This document shows positions 1 to 16,124 of a stretch of 64,000 nt of DNA, one piece after another. The stretch is from the human T2T-CHM13v2.0 reference genome, Homo sapiens, in assembly GCF_009914755.1 (NCBI RefSeq), contig NC_060933.1, one strand, 5' to 3'. Every line of letters starts with the position of its first letter. The first letter of the stretch is position 1. The notes beneath the pieces are model-generated. The model was not told where the DNA came from, did not search any database, and saw only the letters and a program-made list of their open reading frames with translations. A program made the position numbers and the translations under genes.

Positions 1-475
1 AGAGGTAATTTGACATATGAATAGCACATACACAGATCTGAGTAAATAGCAAGAACTTGCTCAGGACAGATGTGATTGTTAGCAGAATGCTCTGTCCTGC
101 TGATAACATACTAAATGTGACTGCTTTGACATTGTGAAGGCAAACTGAGAACAGAATCTGCACCACTGCATAAAGTAGCCAAAGCTTGGAAGATATAGCT
201 CGTAACACTTTGTTGAAATTTAACATGTGTTGAACAATCTCCTCTCAGATCTGACATAAGCAATTTTATAACCAGAGTGGGAGTCTCTCTTCCTGCAAGT
301 AAATTTACCTGCGCTCTGTCACTATATATACCCTGCGACACCTTGTTTTCTGTGCAGTTGACCTGACTCTGCTCAGGTACATTCTCTAAAGCTAGCTGTG
401 CTGCTTCCCATTTCAATCTCCCCTCTTACTTGTAATTATTGTGTAGTGTCCTTTACCTGCTAGTTTGGCACAGGT

Positions 476-921
476 GTCATTAGGGGTTCAGTTGTATTCC
501 CCAAAAAGATAGGTCCAAGTCCAAATCCTTGCTACCTTTGAGTGTGACCTTATTTGGAAACTGTGGGTCTTTGAAGATGTAATCAAATGAGGTCATACTG
601 GAGTAGGGTGAAGTCCAAATCCAAAATGACTGGTGTCCTTATAAGAAGAAGAGAAAAAGACACAGACAAAGACGATGAACACTACGTGAAAATACGGATA
701 GAAAATGGAGTGATGCACCTCAAAACAAGGAATGTCCACACCAGACGCTAAGAGTAAGGAATGGAACAGATTCTCCCCTAGAGCCTTCAGAGAGAGCCTG
801 GTTCTGCTGACATCCTGATTTCAGACATCTAGCCTCCAGAACTGTGCAATAACAAATCTCTGTTGTTTTAAGTCACCGAGTTTGTGGTACTTTGTTACAG
901 CAGCCCTAGGAAACAAATACC
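476..921 (+). mobile_element. MaLR solo LTR, MLT1 family (MLT1C-like)
   Basis: Typical MLT1 motifs: 'gtgaccttatttggaaa', 'atgactggtgtccttataagaag', 'ctagcctccagaactgtg', and the end 'gtggtactttgttacagcagccctaggaaac'. Confidence 0.85.
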
Positions 922-2159
922 GGTGTGGATTCACACAATATAAAAGTTTGATAATGAATTTGTATGCTCTTTCACTGATCTGTATGGTTCTGTAGTATGT
1001 GTGGGAAAGTTAGGATTAAGTGACTATCATTATCCCACAGGAACCAGGAATTTCTACCACTTTTACAGGTGTGTAGACAAGAAAGAGACAAGGAAACAGA
1101 CAGACCACTAGAGGACTGAATGGGGGAGAGCAAGAGAAAAAAGAAATACACACACACAGTAAAGAAAGAGAAATACAGTGATAACTGTGAACAAAGAAGC
1201 TGAGTTTCTCCCTTCTGCAGCTGATGGTTGGAAAGGTGACTGTAGTTTACTTTTTCTGAGACTTAGAAGCTTAAGAAATATATAGCTTATATCTGGAATA
1301 CTATACGGTCTTAATGAGAATCAACTCTAGGGTCAGAGAGAAGAGGTTACAAGCAGCAGCAGGCTCCAGAGAATCGCCAAGCCTTTGTCTTAATCTCTTT
1401 TCTAGTTACAAACTCAACTGTGGTTATGTACTGCATAAGTCAATGCCAGGGCATACACAAAAGAAAGACAACTTATCTGAGGGAGAGAATCTGTATCACT
1501 AGATTTTATTTGACAGTGTTTGTTATTATTTGTCTAGAAGAGTTACCCCTGGAACAATCTCCCTGATAGATTCAAATATCTATTTCATGATCTACAAAAT
1601 CTAAATTGACTCTATTCCAATCTAAAAATGACACTTTCTTCCCTTTCGTATCCATCTAAAAATGTCTTAGCCTCATTTTATAAGCCAAAGCCCAGTTGAC
1701 TGATTCCTCTTCAAGTACTGCCTAAGGTACAGATTTCCCACAAAGATTTAATTAAATAAGTTATACAAAAGAAAGAAATTAATCCATGAATATGTTAGGT
1801 CTATTTTCTTTTACATTTTAGCTTACATAAGTATATGCTCATTTTACCCTTTATATGTGATATTTCTCTCTCTCTTTTTATAATTCTTTATCTTTGATTT
1901 TTAATAAAAATACTTTTAGCTAAAAAATAATCTCATAACATTTTATGGTATTTTATTTGTATACGTATCAAAATGCAGACTTCAATTACCAATCCAGAAT
2001 TTAAAACTACATTAATTCTTCCATGAACACAATTATCAAGAAATTCTGGTTAATCAGTGGGTATATAGTGTATTGAGAAATGCCACAAGTGAAAGGAAGT
2101 ACATTTATTGACTATTATGTGGCACAACATCATGCTTTGTATAGTCTACCACATACATA

Positions 2160-2241
2160 TATTATGTAATTCTATGTACTCTGTCAGATAGGCACAACTA
2201 TATTATGTAATTCTATATACTCTGTCAGATAGGGACAACTA
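2160..2241. repeat. 41-bp tandem duplication inside MIR-like sequence
   Basis: tattatgtaattctatgtactctgtcagataggcacaacta is followed directly by tattatgtaattctatatactctgtcagatagggacaacta (2 mismatches). Confidence 0.9.
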
Positions 2242-2499
2242 TATCTACTGAGACACATAGAATGCAAACACTTTCCAGGGCTACAGAGCTAGAAAGAGGA
2301 AAAGATAAAATATGAATTCAGGTCTATATAACAGCAATTCCAGGCAGTTACTACTCTTCCATCTTCCTATTAGATGCACACTAAACATTCACATCTACGC
2401 AGACACACACACACAAAAAACATCAAGAAATCAAAACAATGATTAAAACTCTTGACGTAAGAGTTAGTTTCCTTGAATTAATTGCAACTGCATGTATTA

Positions 2500-2665
2500 C
2501 CTGTACCTCCTTGGACAATTTAATTAATCTGTATGTGGTTCAATTTCTTTATCTATAAAATGGGGTTAATAATAGTACATCCTTTGTATGACTGTTGTAA
2601 ACATTAAATGAGTTAATATAGCTATTGTACTTAGAAAGTATCTGCCATGTGGTAAGTGTAAATAC
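2500..2665 (+). mobile_element. MIR SINE fragment
   Basis: MIR core: 'tttctttatctataaaatggggttaataatagtac...attaaatgagttaatata'. Confidence 0.7.
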
Positions 2666-3027
2666 TAGTATTATCTTATTTGCACACCTATGATAAGCTC
2701 TACCTATGTGTTTGCTCATATGTATCATAGAGTTATCATGATGGTGAATATATAAACCACAAAGTTTTATTGCCAATATAAAATGCATTATTTTCAAGAG
2801 ATTTCATGTGTCAAAGCACTATATGCAAATTCAGCAAAATAATTTGCTTAAAAACGTTTCTTGGAGTAGATATGTTATAAAGGTTTAGTTATAAAATTTT
2901 AATAATACATCAGGGTTACCTTCCAAAAGTTATCCACTGTAGAACACACTTAAATACACACACACACAAACACACACAACATATGGGAAAACCAGAGAAG
3001 ATACATAGATTAATAGAAAAATATATA

Positions 3028-3612
3028 GAGTCATCCCTGGTATCTATGAGAGATTGGTTCCAAAATGAATCCAAACTCCACAGATGCTCAACTGCCTTAT
3101 ACAAAGTGGTGCGGTATTTACATATAACCTGTGCACATCCTCCAGCATACTTTAAATTATCTCTGGATTACTTATAATACCGAATGTACCCACAAAAATT
3201 AAAAATAAAAACATAAAAAGATATACATGCTATGTTAATATAGTTGCCCCTCCGTATACACAGGGAATTGCTTCCAGGACACCCATGTATACCAAAATTC
3301 ATGCATACTCAAATCTTGCTGTGGCTCTGTGGAACCCACATATATGAAAACCCGGCCCTTCACGTATGCAGGTTTTGCATCCCATGAATACTGCATTTTT
3401 GAACCACATTTGGTTGATAAACATCTATGTATAATTGGTCTTGTGCTGTTCAAACCCATGTTGTTCAAGGGTCAACTGTAGGTGTTATTCTGCATTGGTT
3501 TTTAATTGTATTATTGTTATTATTGTTGTATTTTTATTTTTTCTGAATATTTTTGGTCCTTAGTTTGGTTGAAATGACAGATACGAGACCAATGGATAGG
3601 AATAGCTGACTG
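3028..3612 (+). mobile_element. MER2 (TcMar-Tigger MITE), interrupted by nested insertions
   Basis: Starts 'gagtcatccctggtatc', internal 'catcctccagcatactttaaattatctctggattacttataatac', ends 'gctgactg' + TA. Confidence 0.8.
3241..3478 (+). mobile_element. MER8 (TcMar-Tigger MITE) nested in MER2
   Basis: About 238 bp from 'tagttgcccctccgtatac' to 'gttcaagggtcaactg', with terminal inverted repeats and TA on both sides (3239-3240, 3479-3480). Confidence 0.85.
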
Positions 3613-5109
3613 TAATCAATTTTAGGAGATTTGAATTTAATCTAATCTCTGTCTCACTGTGTTTCAGATCAGACTAACCATTAATCAACGGATAGCTGCT
3701 ATTATATTTAAAAGGGACTTTTATTTTAATATATGTTTCATATTTTTTCATATCTAGTATAGTGCCTAGCAAATAGTCAATATTCAATAAACAACAGATT
3801 TACTGACAAGTACATAATTACACACAAACATATAAACAAGAAAACATGAATGATGTATTCTCTATTATTTAGTATTCAAACAAACGGGGAATTATTTGAC
3901 AGCCCTGTTGCTGCAGTTCTTGCCTTTAGGACAAAAAGAACACGGCCAGAGAAGGGCTCTGCTTGGTATGCCAAGTATTATCAATATACATAAATTCTTG
4001 TTATTATTTTCAAACTAAAGAGAGACTCACCTACAGTCTGAAGATCCATATAATTCATGCATCTCTTTAATTAGTCCAAATGTTTCTAAGTGTCTGGCAT
4101 ACAGACTTTTAAGAACTTTGAGAACTGATCTGGTACCAGTATCTTATCAGTAATGCTTCACAGATGAGACATAAAAATCATTAATAAAAGGGGAAAAATA
4201 TTTGGATATATGGTTCAGGGATGTATTCCGAACTATTAAGGAACACTTTACTTTTGCTTCATTTCAGTTGTTTTCCTTTTTTCTTTTTCTTGTAGCAACA
4301 GCACAGAGTAGTGGACCTTAACTGAGTAAACACGGGTTTCCTTAACTGTCTACTTATTAAATATTCAACATTAAGCATAGTACAGTCGTATCACCTTACA
4401 TGATCAAATGAGTCAGATACTCTAAATCAAACATAGGAAAGGCTAAGTGAACGAAAAATCTCAGCTGTAAAACGGAGGCTGTAGAACAGATGCTCTCCAA
4501 GGTCCTTTGATGCCTTAATAGCAGCAGCCTTAGCAGCATTAGCTCTGTGAAATGGTAATGAAATGGTGATGGAAGCTGGGTACTGTAGATTAATGCTGAA
4601 CTCTACTGCTCATGGTACTGCCATCTGCAACTCTATAGCATCTGAGGTTATACTCTCTGTAAATGATTTTATTAAGCATGCCTACTGAGGAAAATTAATT
4701 TTATTGACAATACCGTAAGTATAATTTTTATTTTTGACATGAAAACATTTCCAGCCACTTTATTATTTTAAAATACTTTATCAAAGGTAATGGTAGAGAA
4801 GTTTTTAAAGATATACAAAATTGTAGTGAAACTATGGACTTGATACTGAATATTTCTTCCCAGGTCATGTCATATATAGTTTTACTACTCCCCAGTAAAA
4901 TACAGAAGCCATCTGTTGAATTTTATTGATAAGTTACTTTATTTAGTACATCCAGATGTAAACTTTTGGACTGTGGAAATTTTCATTTTGGATTTCTCTG
5001 TACTCCATTATATATTTTGTTTCCCAAAATATACGCCTAAATAATTAAAGCACCCTCCAATAGGATAGCAAATGTATTTATAATGAAAGATGGTTTAAAT
5101 ATATATAGC

Positions 5110-5290
5110 AGATGTTGGCAGTGCACCTACCCATATTTCTCAGACCTTGCAGTGTACTCTCCTTGCCTCATTTCCAGGTTATCTGTGCCACTGAAGGCCT
5201 TTTTTTCTGGAACCCTGGTGGCTAGGACAGAAAGACAGGTCACAAATACAGGAATATGAACACGTCTTGGGAAGCAGCCCTCAACCAATA
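5110..5290 (+). mobile_element. ERVL LTR fragment (LTR16-like)
   Basis: Contains 'gggaagcagccctcaaccaat', recalled as an LTR16 motif; heavily diverged. Confidence 0.45.
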
Positions 5291-5399
5291 CTCTCAGAAA
5301 TTGTTTCTGAGACCAATGATAGAGGATTCAGTGATATCCAAAGTGTTTTTATTTTAGTAGCTGGATGGCAGAAAATAAGGACAACTAAAGAAGGATCAG

Positions 5400-5545
5400 G
5401 AATTTGACTATGGACATGTTTAGTTTGAGGTTTAAAGTGCAAGTGAATATGTTGAGTATGCAGGTAGGCATAAAAATCTACAATTTCTTAAGAGTTAAGG
5501 GCTGAAGATACACATTTAAGAGTAGCCAACATGCAGATATTCTTG
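5400..5545 (-). mobile_element. L2 fragment (left part; continues at about 7973-8110 after the L1)
   Basis: 'ggacatgtttagtttgagg...gggctgaagatacacattt' on the left and 'gaactgagccctgagtactccagcatt' on the right are L2-type antisense motifs. Confidence 0.6.
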
Positions 5546-5561
5546 AAAGCCGTAATATTTG

Positions 5562-7955
<2,394 letters not shown>

Positions 7956-8415
7956 GAAAGCTGTAATACTTGACAAAGTCATGTGGAAAGAGAATGTGAG
8001 CAGGGAAGAGAAGATGTCCCAGAACTGAGCCCTGAGTACTCCAGCATTCAGAGATCTGGATGACGCAGGTGGATTAGCAAAGGATGATAAGAAACAGGCA
8101 ATGAAGCAGAAAGAAGGTTGAAACAGAATAGCCTCTATCATTCTTTGTCTGCTTTTCAGTAAATTACCAACTTTCTTAAATGCACATGTATTCCTGTTAT
8201 AAAAATAAAAGAGGTAGAGTTTTGTGCTCCAAAAATAGCTAAAATACAACATCAATTTTTTTTACTGAACTTCATGACAATTTGCGTACTTATTTTAGAA
8301 TCTGAAACTACTACTCAATATAGAATTAGATAATTTTTTCTTGCAAATTAAGTTATAGGCCATAAATATTTAGATTTATTTGAAAACAGATACTACCTCA
8401 CAAACATAAAAGTGC

Positions 8416-8548
8416 CTCAGGAGGCTGAGGCAGAATCACTCGAACCCAGGAGGAGGAGGTTGCAGTGAGCCAAGATTGTGCCACTGCACTCCAGCCTGGG
8501 TGACAGCAAGACTCTGTCTCAAAAAAGAAAAACAAATAAATAAATAAA
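8416..8548 (+). mobile_element. 5'-truncated Alu (right arm only)
   Basis: 'ctcaggaggctgaggcagaatcac...gactctgtctc' followed by an A-rich tail. Confidence 0.9.
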
Positions 8549-8584
8549 ATAAGTGGTATAATAGAAAACAAAGAAGAGTGTGAT

Positions 8585-8700
8585 TCTGAGGCCGAACTCT
8601 ATCATTTAGTAATTGTGTGGCAATTAGCAAATTACTTAACCTACCTAAGCTTCAATGTCTTCATCTGTAGAATGGGAACAACATTTATCCTCATAGTGCT
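8585..8700 (+). mobile_element. MIR fragment
   Basis: 'caaattacttaacctacctaagcttcaatgtcttcatctgtagaatggg'. Confidence 0.65.
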
Positions 8701-9722
8701 CACACTGGTTTCAAAATTCCATTAAACATTGGTTTCTTAATCAGAATATGCTGCAGTTCTGAATTACAAACTAATCACTGTTTTTCATACATATTCATGA
8801 AACTTGCATTACTGTACATATATAAAAATTAATTATTAGAAGCAAAATTAAATGCTCCCAAACCTGTGGGTGAAAACCAAATAGCACCTTGAGTACACGG
8901 ACATCTGAATGTAGGCACCATTTGTGGGTGAGTGAATACCTTCTTCAGTAGTCTCAGTCCTGTGTTGACTTCATACCTTTTTCTTGCACCTACTAGCACA
9001 CATTCACCACTGTTCCCAGGGGCTGTGAATTGACATCCTTACTTTCTCCTTTTCTCCTTTTTTATCAGTGAAAAAGACAAGCCTAACTCAGTTTGCCTCC
9101 ATGAGAAGAGTTTTCTTGTGTTCTGTAGGTCTATCCCAAGATTTATACAATTGTGAAAAGTGAATGTAATTTTTCAGAAAGCAATGGTCATCTTTTATAT
9201 TGTAGCAAATGTGCCTCCAGAAACACAAGAAAGATCACCAAGGCATTATCAATTTCGCAAAACATTAACATATAAAAAGTTTAATAGGTGGCCATGACCC
9301 CTTGGCCACTGATTACTGACCAGATCTTAAATTATCATCCATCATCTACATTGACATACTATGTTTCCTGGCTTTGTAGGCAAAGTAGCCAAATTTCCTT
9401 CAGTATTTTACTAGTCATTAACCCCGAATTTATTAAAGAAGAAACATTATACCTTATGAAGTAGTTCTTCATATAAAAACATTAGTCAACATCTATTTAT
9501 TAGCTAAGAAACAGAAAATCACTTTTTAATTCACTCAAACTACATAAATGGCAATGGCAAAATTTGTCAACATTTCTGAAAATCCGTGGGGAAAAGGACA
9601 ATAACAAATAATGATAGTAATGACAATATTAATTCACATTTATCAGTGCTATGTTTCAGACACTGTGATAAGAACTTTGATTGCATAATTTAATAATCAA
9701 AACAACTTTAAAAAATATTAAC

Positions 9723-10181
<459 letters not shown>

Positions 10182-12755
10182 TCATGTGTTAGTAGGTTTT
10201 ATCATTCTAACATTGGTAATCAACTAAATGGTAAGTAATATTAAATATTAATGATATAATTACAATTCCTAGTAACAAGGACATAATTAATAGCTTCCCT
10301 AATTATAGAAAATAGAAAAAATTCAATGCTAGCTTTAACAATCTTCATGAACTTTTTTGGGGCTGCAATTTTACATATATCTAGTAACTGGAAATTTTTC
10401 ATTCAAAGTAACTGTCACAAAACATCTACTTTTGCTTTTTGTAACCTGAAGTAATCTTTTGTTAGTTTGATTTGGAAAAGTGGTTAAATCTACCCATTAG
10501 TAGACTTTGATCCACTAGAAACCACCTGCAATTTTAGGATATCAGAAAAAGTTCTTTTCTATTAGTGAAAGATATTAAGTCCTAGATAAAATCTCCACAG
10601 TTCATCCATCTAGTTCATCTTCTTGCTTCCCAAAAGTTCTTAATATCAGCCATCCCAAGATGACTGTCTACAGCTAAAAGAGCTTTTGGCAAGGGAAGCC
10701 TTAGACACAAGTTTTAGATTACTTCTCCCCACCCTAGCTGGTGAAATGGGAAAATCTCGTATTGACTGTAATCGTTCTCTTAATACATAGAGAGAAAGAT
10801 GCAATTTATTCAGCCAGATTCTTATAACTTCAATTGTTCCCCAGAGTAAAAAACAGGCACTCTGACAAACTAATTCACTTTTTCAGACCTCTTGGGAAGT
10901 TTGGAAGAACTGCTCCAATGTGCTAAATGGCACCCCAGTGAGTTCTGAAAATGCTTGTACCTAACAAAGTACCTTACTCACTTTTCAGATGCAACTTATA
11001 CCTTAAGAGAGCATCTAATTTAATATTTTATTATGAGTTTTTTTTTTTCATGGCTCACTTTATAGCTCTTTAGTTGCTATAGCTATAAAATGATCTAGAT
11101 TAGCATAGACCATCCCAAGACAATAATGTAAAGAACCCTAAAATGTTTTCAACAATGGTGTAATTCCATAGACTATGAAACATGGAAATATAGCCACTTA
11201 GAGTGTTAGATGCCTTTGAAACATAATACTATGAGGATTCTGCTTGTATTTTGGGAAAAGAACAAAGAACTCATAATTAACTTGTAGTCTAGTAGTTGAC
11301 ACAATGAAAAGGGCTTCAGCTCAGATTCAATTAACATATTTATTATATCCTTATTGATGTTGCAGAATATATTGACTTATGCTTAAATAAATCTCATTCT
11401 ATTTCCAGTGGGAAAACAGAGATTTCAACATCTTATATGGATGCCCATGATATATTTTCATTAATAGACAAGTACTATAACACAAACATTTTATTTGTAG
11501 TGTGTAATGTGTTATCAACTATCTAGACATCTAAATATTAACTCATCAGGCACTTCATTCTCTTATTAACTCTCCTTTATAATCTCCTCAAAATTTTTAT
11601 TGCTTACTTGCCTTCTGCACATTTGACATTCTTTTTTTGGTTCTTTCTTGATTTTCCCTCTCTGCCTCTCACTTTCCTTCTCCTTAATCCCATGTAAATA
11701 CAAATCCATTCATTTTTTTTCTGTTACTTATTCAATTAAATAAATTATCTGCTACGAGTTATGCAGCATATATGTTATAGAGGTCTATGTTTATTATTTC
11801 CTCCAGATCTTTAAAACAGATGATAGAAAATGCATTGCAGCTCAATCCTTATGAATGAGTCTCTACCACCACCAATTTTGGAGAGAAATTCAAATTGGAT
11901 GCATAAGCCACACTAAAATGGACATAAACAATTGAAATTTCTTGTCCCAAAGACTCCTCAAAGTTAACCATCATGGGATCTGGCTAGATCAGATGACACC
12001 ACTGCACTTGCCTATTTTGGGTTAGATACCTCAGGGTTACTCTAGTCCTAGGTGCCATTGCTGTAATCTAATAATAAACATTGTGATACCAATGGAGCTT
12101 TATAGTCTTCAAAACACTTTTAGATGTATCAACTCACTTTATAACACTATGAAGTGAAAGTAAGTGATTGAGAGAAAAAAAACTTAGATAAAGGGCCATA
12201 TTTTTACAAGAAAACAGGCCAAGAAAGAATAAGTGTTTTGCTCAAAACCCAGTTAATATGGCCTAGACACAAATCCTAGTCAAATGCTGATAGTAAAATG
12301 CTATTATTTGTGTGATTTACACAACTACACTTAGATATAACAAAACAGTAATTATCAAGTTCTCACATCAAGGAGCACTGATGGGAAGCTGGGGACTTGG
12401 TACTGCGGTGGAACTTCTCAGGCAGAAGGAGGGTGCAGGCCCTGGAATATGGGTGAATAGTATGAATGTAAAAAATGTTATGACCCTGTGATTAAATTCT
12501 CTTTTTATGTTGTTTTTCTAACATCTTTTAATCAGAGTCAACAATCTTTCTGACATACATTATAATAAAGAAACTAAAGGAGACCCTTTCTAAGAATATC
12601 TTCCATTGGCTCTTCTGTTACTGTCCTGGCTACACTTTTCAACTCTCTTAATAGTTTTTAAGGATGATTCTCTGGTTTGTTTTGGTAGTATCACCCACAC
12701 TTCATGAACCGGCAGAATAATTTGGAGTATAATTGGATTTAATAATTCTTGAAAG

Positions 12756-12955
12756 ACGGACATAGAGTGTGGAGTGATAGAAAATGGAGACTCAGAAGGG
12801 TGAGAGGATGAGACGAGGGTAGATGATAAATTACTTAATGGGTACAATGTATGCTACTTGGGTGATGGATACCCTAAATGACTTGACTTCACCACTACAC
12901 AGTCTATGCACATAACAAAATTGCATCTGTACCACATAAAGGTATACAAATAAAA
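12756..12955 (+). mobile_element. L1PB-type (L1PB4-like) 3' end fragment
   Basis: 3'UTR motif 'aaattacttaatgggtacaatgta...gacttcaccactac'; perfect 15-bp TSD aataattcttgaaag (12741-12755, 12956-12970). Confidence 0.85.
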
Positions 12956-13032
12956 AATAATTCTTGAAAGTTTTGCACATATATTAAATATATTTGAGCA
13001 TTCAACACATGCTTTCTGCATTGCTTTTACAT

Positions 13033-13253
13033 CAGGAGTCAGCACACTTTTTCTATAGGGGGCCAGACAATAAATGCTTTAAGCTTAATAGATCATAGGG
13101 TCTCTGTTACAACCACTCAATTCAGCCACTTTAGTCCAAAAGCAACTATAGACAATATATAAAAATGAATGCAGCTGTGTTCTAATAAAACTTTATTTAC
13201 AAAATAGACAGCAGGTCAGATTTGGCTCACAGATCACAATTTGCTGACCCCTG
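13033..13253 (+). mobile_element. MER58A (hAT-Charlie MITE)
   Basis: Terminal inverted repeats 'caggagtcagca' / 'tgctgacccctg'; internal 'ctgtgttctaataaaactttatttacaaaa'. Confidence 0.85.
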
Positions 13254-14527
13254 GTCTATACAATGTCAGTGTCAACCATAGTGAAGTGTTCTCTACCAGT
13301 ACAATCTATAGATTAAAAAAATATATAGGGTAATGCTTGTAAGGTCTGCTTCCTCTTCTATTTGAAGTCTCATACCAAATTTCTGGCTTCAGAAGGGAGA
13401 TGTCAGCCTATGCTCACTATCCTCATAATTGGAAGCACTAATTACCATCTACTTTATTAGAATTTCATACATCTAAAACTGTCTATGAAACATTTTCTCT
13501 ACTCAGTCTAGAATCTTTTATTTGCTTTGATTTTCTAATGCACATCAAAATTATTCAACCCCCTTCATCACGTTCTCAAGCATGGCCATCATATTTTCTT
13601 TATAACACACAATGGTCAATTCTACTTTTCTAACTTCCAGCTCTCTATTCTCTTTCTATGTGTACCTTCTCAATCCTTAATATTGTGCCTTGCTCAAGGT
13701 ATTCATTTCAGTAAGTCTTGTCAAAATGTTTTACTTCAGAGATTCTGATTCTGACATATAAATTCCTTAACCAGAAGCAAGCTCTTCTAATAAATTCTTA
13801 ATTTTTTGAATTCCAAACCTAAAACATAAAGTACCTTCTTTTCAGTGTTTGAAACATAGTACTCATTCATTTCCCTTAAACAGTAGTTGCTACTAACCAA
13901 AAACTCTTGAATTTCCAAGGTACCCCAGAGGGGAAGGAAGCAAGAAGAATAGGGATGCACATCAGTCACTCAGTTCATAAATTTTCAGCTAAATAAACTA
14001 TAACTCTCAATATGAGACCATCAGTCAAGTGACTGCTTGTGGGCTTCATCTTTCACAGTGTATACACTGACCAGGAACACTAAAGTAGAATGTCTAAATG
14101 TTAAAAATTATCATTGTTCTCTTTCAACCTTTTACCACAGATCATTATGAAAATAAAAGACATAAACTAACAAAACATTTCATATTTTTACTCAAGTAAG
14201 GCTGCCAGCAAAAGAGAAAATAAACAAGTATTTTACCAACTTATAAAAAAGATTCATAACCTGATCACAAACATCCAAATTCTTACATTAACCCAAACTT
14301 TCACACCAACAAAAAGCATCTATAGCTACTTCATAAATAGCCATCAATCTTATTTTTAAGAACTATATCTTTTCATAAAACCAGTTTCTCAAAATGGCAT
14401 AATAAAATGTAAATGAAATGCTTCTTGTTCAAAAGGAGACAACTGACCAGCAAAATTTAATAGCCAAAAACTCAACGATTTACCCCTTCTACATATAAGA
14501 AGATCATCTTTAGAGGCTGCAACTTAC

Positions 14528-14576
14528 CAGTGCCTTTGTGTTTTCTTCTGTAGCTTGTTCACATAGCTTTTGTGAC
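14528..14576 (-). other. Candidate 49-nt internal exon of an unidentified minus-strand transcript
   Basis: ttcag| acceptor and consensus CTG|gtaagt donor; unique purine-rich sequence; open frame (R)SQKLCEQATEENTKAL. Confidence 0.4.
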
Positions 14577-15152
14577 CTGAATCTCACAGGCATGCAAAAC
14601 AACTCAGAGAGATTGACACCGCACTTCACTCAATCTCTAAACATTTCTGATGCCTTCACTTTCTATTTATCTTGTGGCATAATTATAAGATTTTAGAAAA
14701 GAAGGTTAGAGATTCAAAACATGTACATTTTATTTTTACTTCCAAATATGTTGTTATTAAAATTAATCAGGATTAATTTGAATAGCTTGCTTGCTGTTTT
14801 TTGCATGTTGTTTATCATACTATGTAATTGAAGGAAGACTCTGAGTTGCCTTATATATAGTAAATAATTGAAAAATACAAATAAATGTATAAAAACAGAT
14901 CCAGAGAAGATCCATATAAACAATGAAGATTGAAATAAGAAGGAAACTCAAGCACATATATGTAAGGCCTTCAAACCATACAAGTTACCAAAGTCATCAC
15001 AGACTTTGATTCTCAGCTTTTTGAAATCAAAGCAAAAAGAGAAAAACAATTTTCAATGCTTTTCAGAAAAATATACTATTTATCAGAAAGTGCAAAGAAG
15101 TGTTGTGACATTTCATACTGACAGTAGTAATAGCAATATTAAAAATAATAAT

Positions 15153-16110
15153 GGGAGGGCAGTCAAGATGGTGGACTAGAAGCAGCTAATGTGCACCACT
15201 GTCATGAAGAGGGAACAATGTGGCTAGTAAACACTGACCCTGCAAGCCAATCATTTAAGAAACCACGTTGGCATGCATCAAGGTAGCAAGGTGAGACAGA
15301 GAACAGAGAAGAACAAAACTGGGCAATAGCCTATCTGGGATCAGTGAGGAAGTCAGGAGAAGCTCCCCAACAAGAGGAAAGGGTAAGTGAGAACCCACAG
15401 GAGATCCACATTTCTCACAGGGACCTGTGCAATCCTGCAAACGGGAGAATCACCTGGCATCCCTAAGTCTCTAGACTGACACAGAGAATTGCAAGTCTAC
15501 AGAGACTTCCATGGGTCTTGGACCCCAGAACAGCTCAGCGTCAGCCCCAGTAGAGGCCACAGTCATGGTGCCCAAGAGCAGTAAGATTGCTCTACTCTCT
15601 CTCACAAGACAAGGCTTACAACTTAGGTGCCTGCCCATCAATGGTGGACTGGATAAATATATATAAATCTGCATATATATATATATATATAGATCTATAT
15701 ATAAATATATATAAATCTTTATATAAATATACATTATATATATATATATATAGTATGAAATCATGTTCTTTGTGGCAATATGGATGCAGTTGGAGTTCAT
15801 AATCCTAAGCAAACTGATGCAAGAAGAGAAAACGGAATAACGAATACTGCATGTTTCTCATTTATAAGAGTGATCTAAACATTGAATACACATAGACATA
15901 AAGATTAAAATAACAGAGCAACAGAGACTCAAGATGACTAGCTGGGGGAGGGAGAAAGGGGAGCATGGGCTGTAAAAACACCTATTTGGTATTATGCTCA
16001 CTTCCTGGGTGATGGGATCATTTGTACCCCAAACCTCTGCATCACACAATATACGCATGTAACGAACTTCTACATCAACCCTATAATCCTTAATAAAATT
16101 TGAAATTATA
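15153..16110 (+). mobile_element. Internally deleted old primate L1 (about L1PA15-17/L1PB): 5'UTR joined to 3' end
   Basis: 5' start 'gggagggcagtcaagatggtggactagaagcagct'; from about 15620, ORF2 end and 3'UTR ('gcccatcaatggtggactggataaa...gatgggatcatttgtaccccaaacctc'). TSD aaaaataataat (15141-15152) / aaaaataattat (16111-16122). Confidence 0.75.
15657..15752. repeat. Interrupted (TA)n microsatellite
   Basis: Seen directly in the sequence. Confidence 0.9.
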
Positions 16111-16124
16111 AAAAATAATTATAG

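Noticed and set aside
111-416. 101-aa minus-strand ORF
   Set aside because: No recognisable domain, a non-ATG start and no exon context; ORFs of this length occur by chance.
1221-1235. Plus-strand 15-nt microexon (ttctgcag|ctgatggttggaaag|gtgact)
   Set aside because: Isolated, with a mediocre donor and no partner exons that I can support.
2160-2241. CRISPR-like repeat
   Set aside because: Two adjacent copies with no spacer, in mammalian DNA; a simple tandem duplication.
10982-11001. Minus-strand 20-nt microexon with a gtgagt donor
   Set aside because: Weak acceptor, and it gives an immediate stop if joined to the 49-nt candidate.
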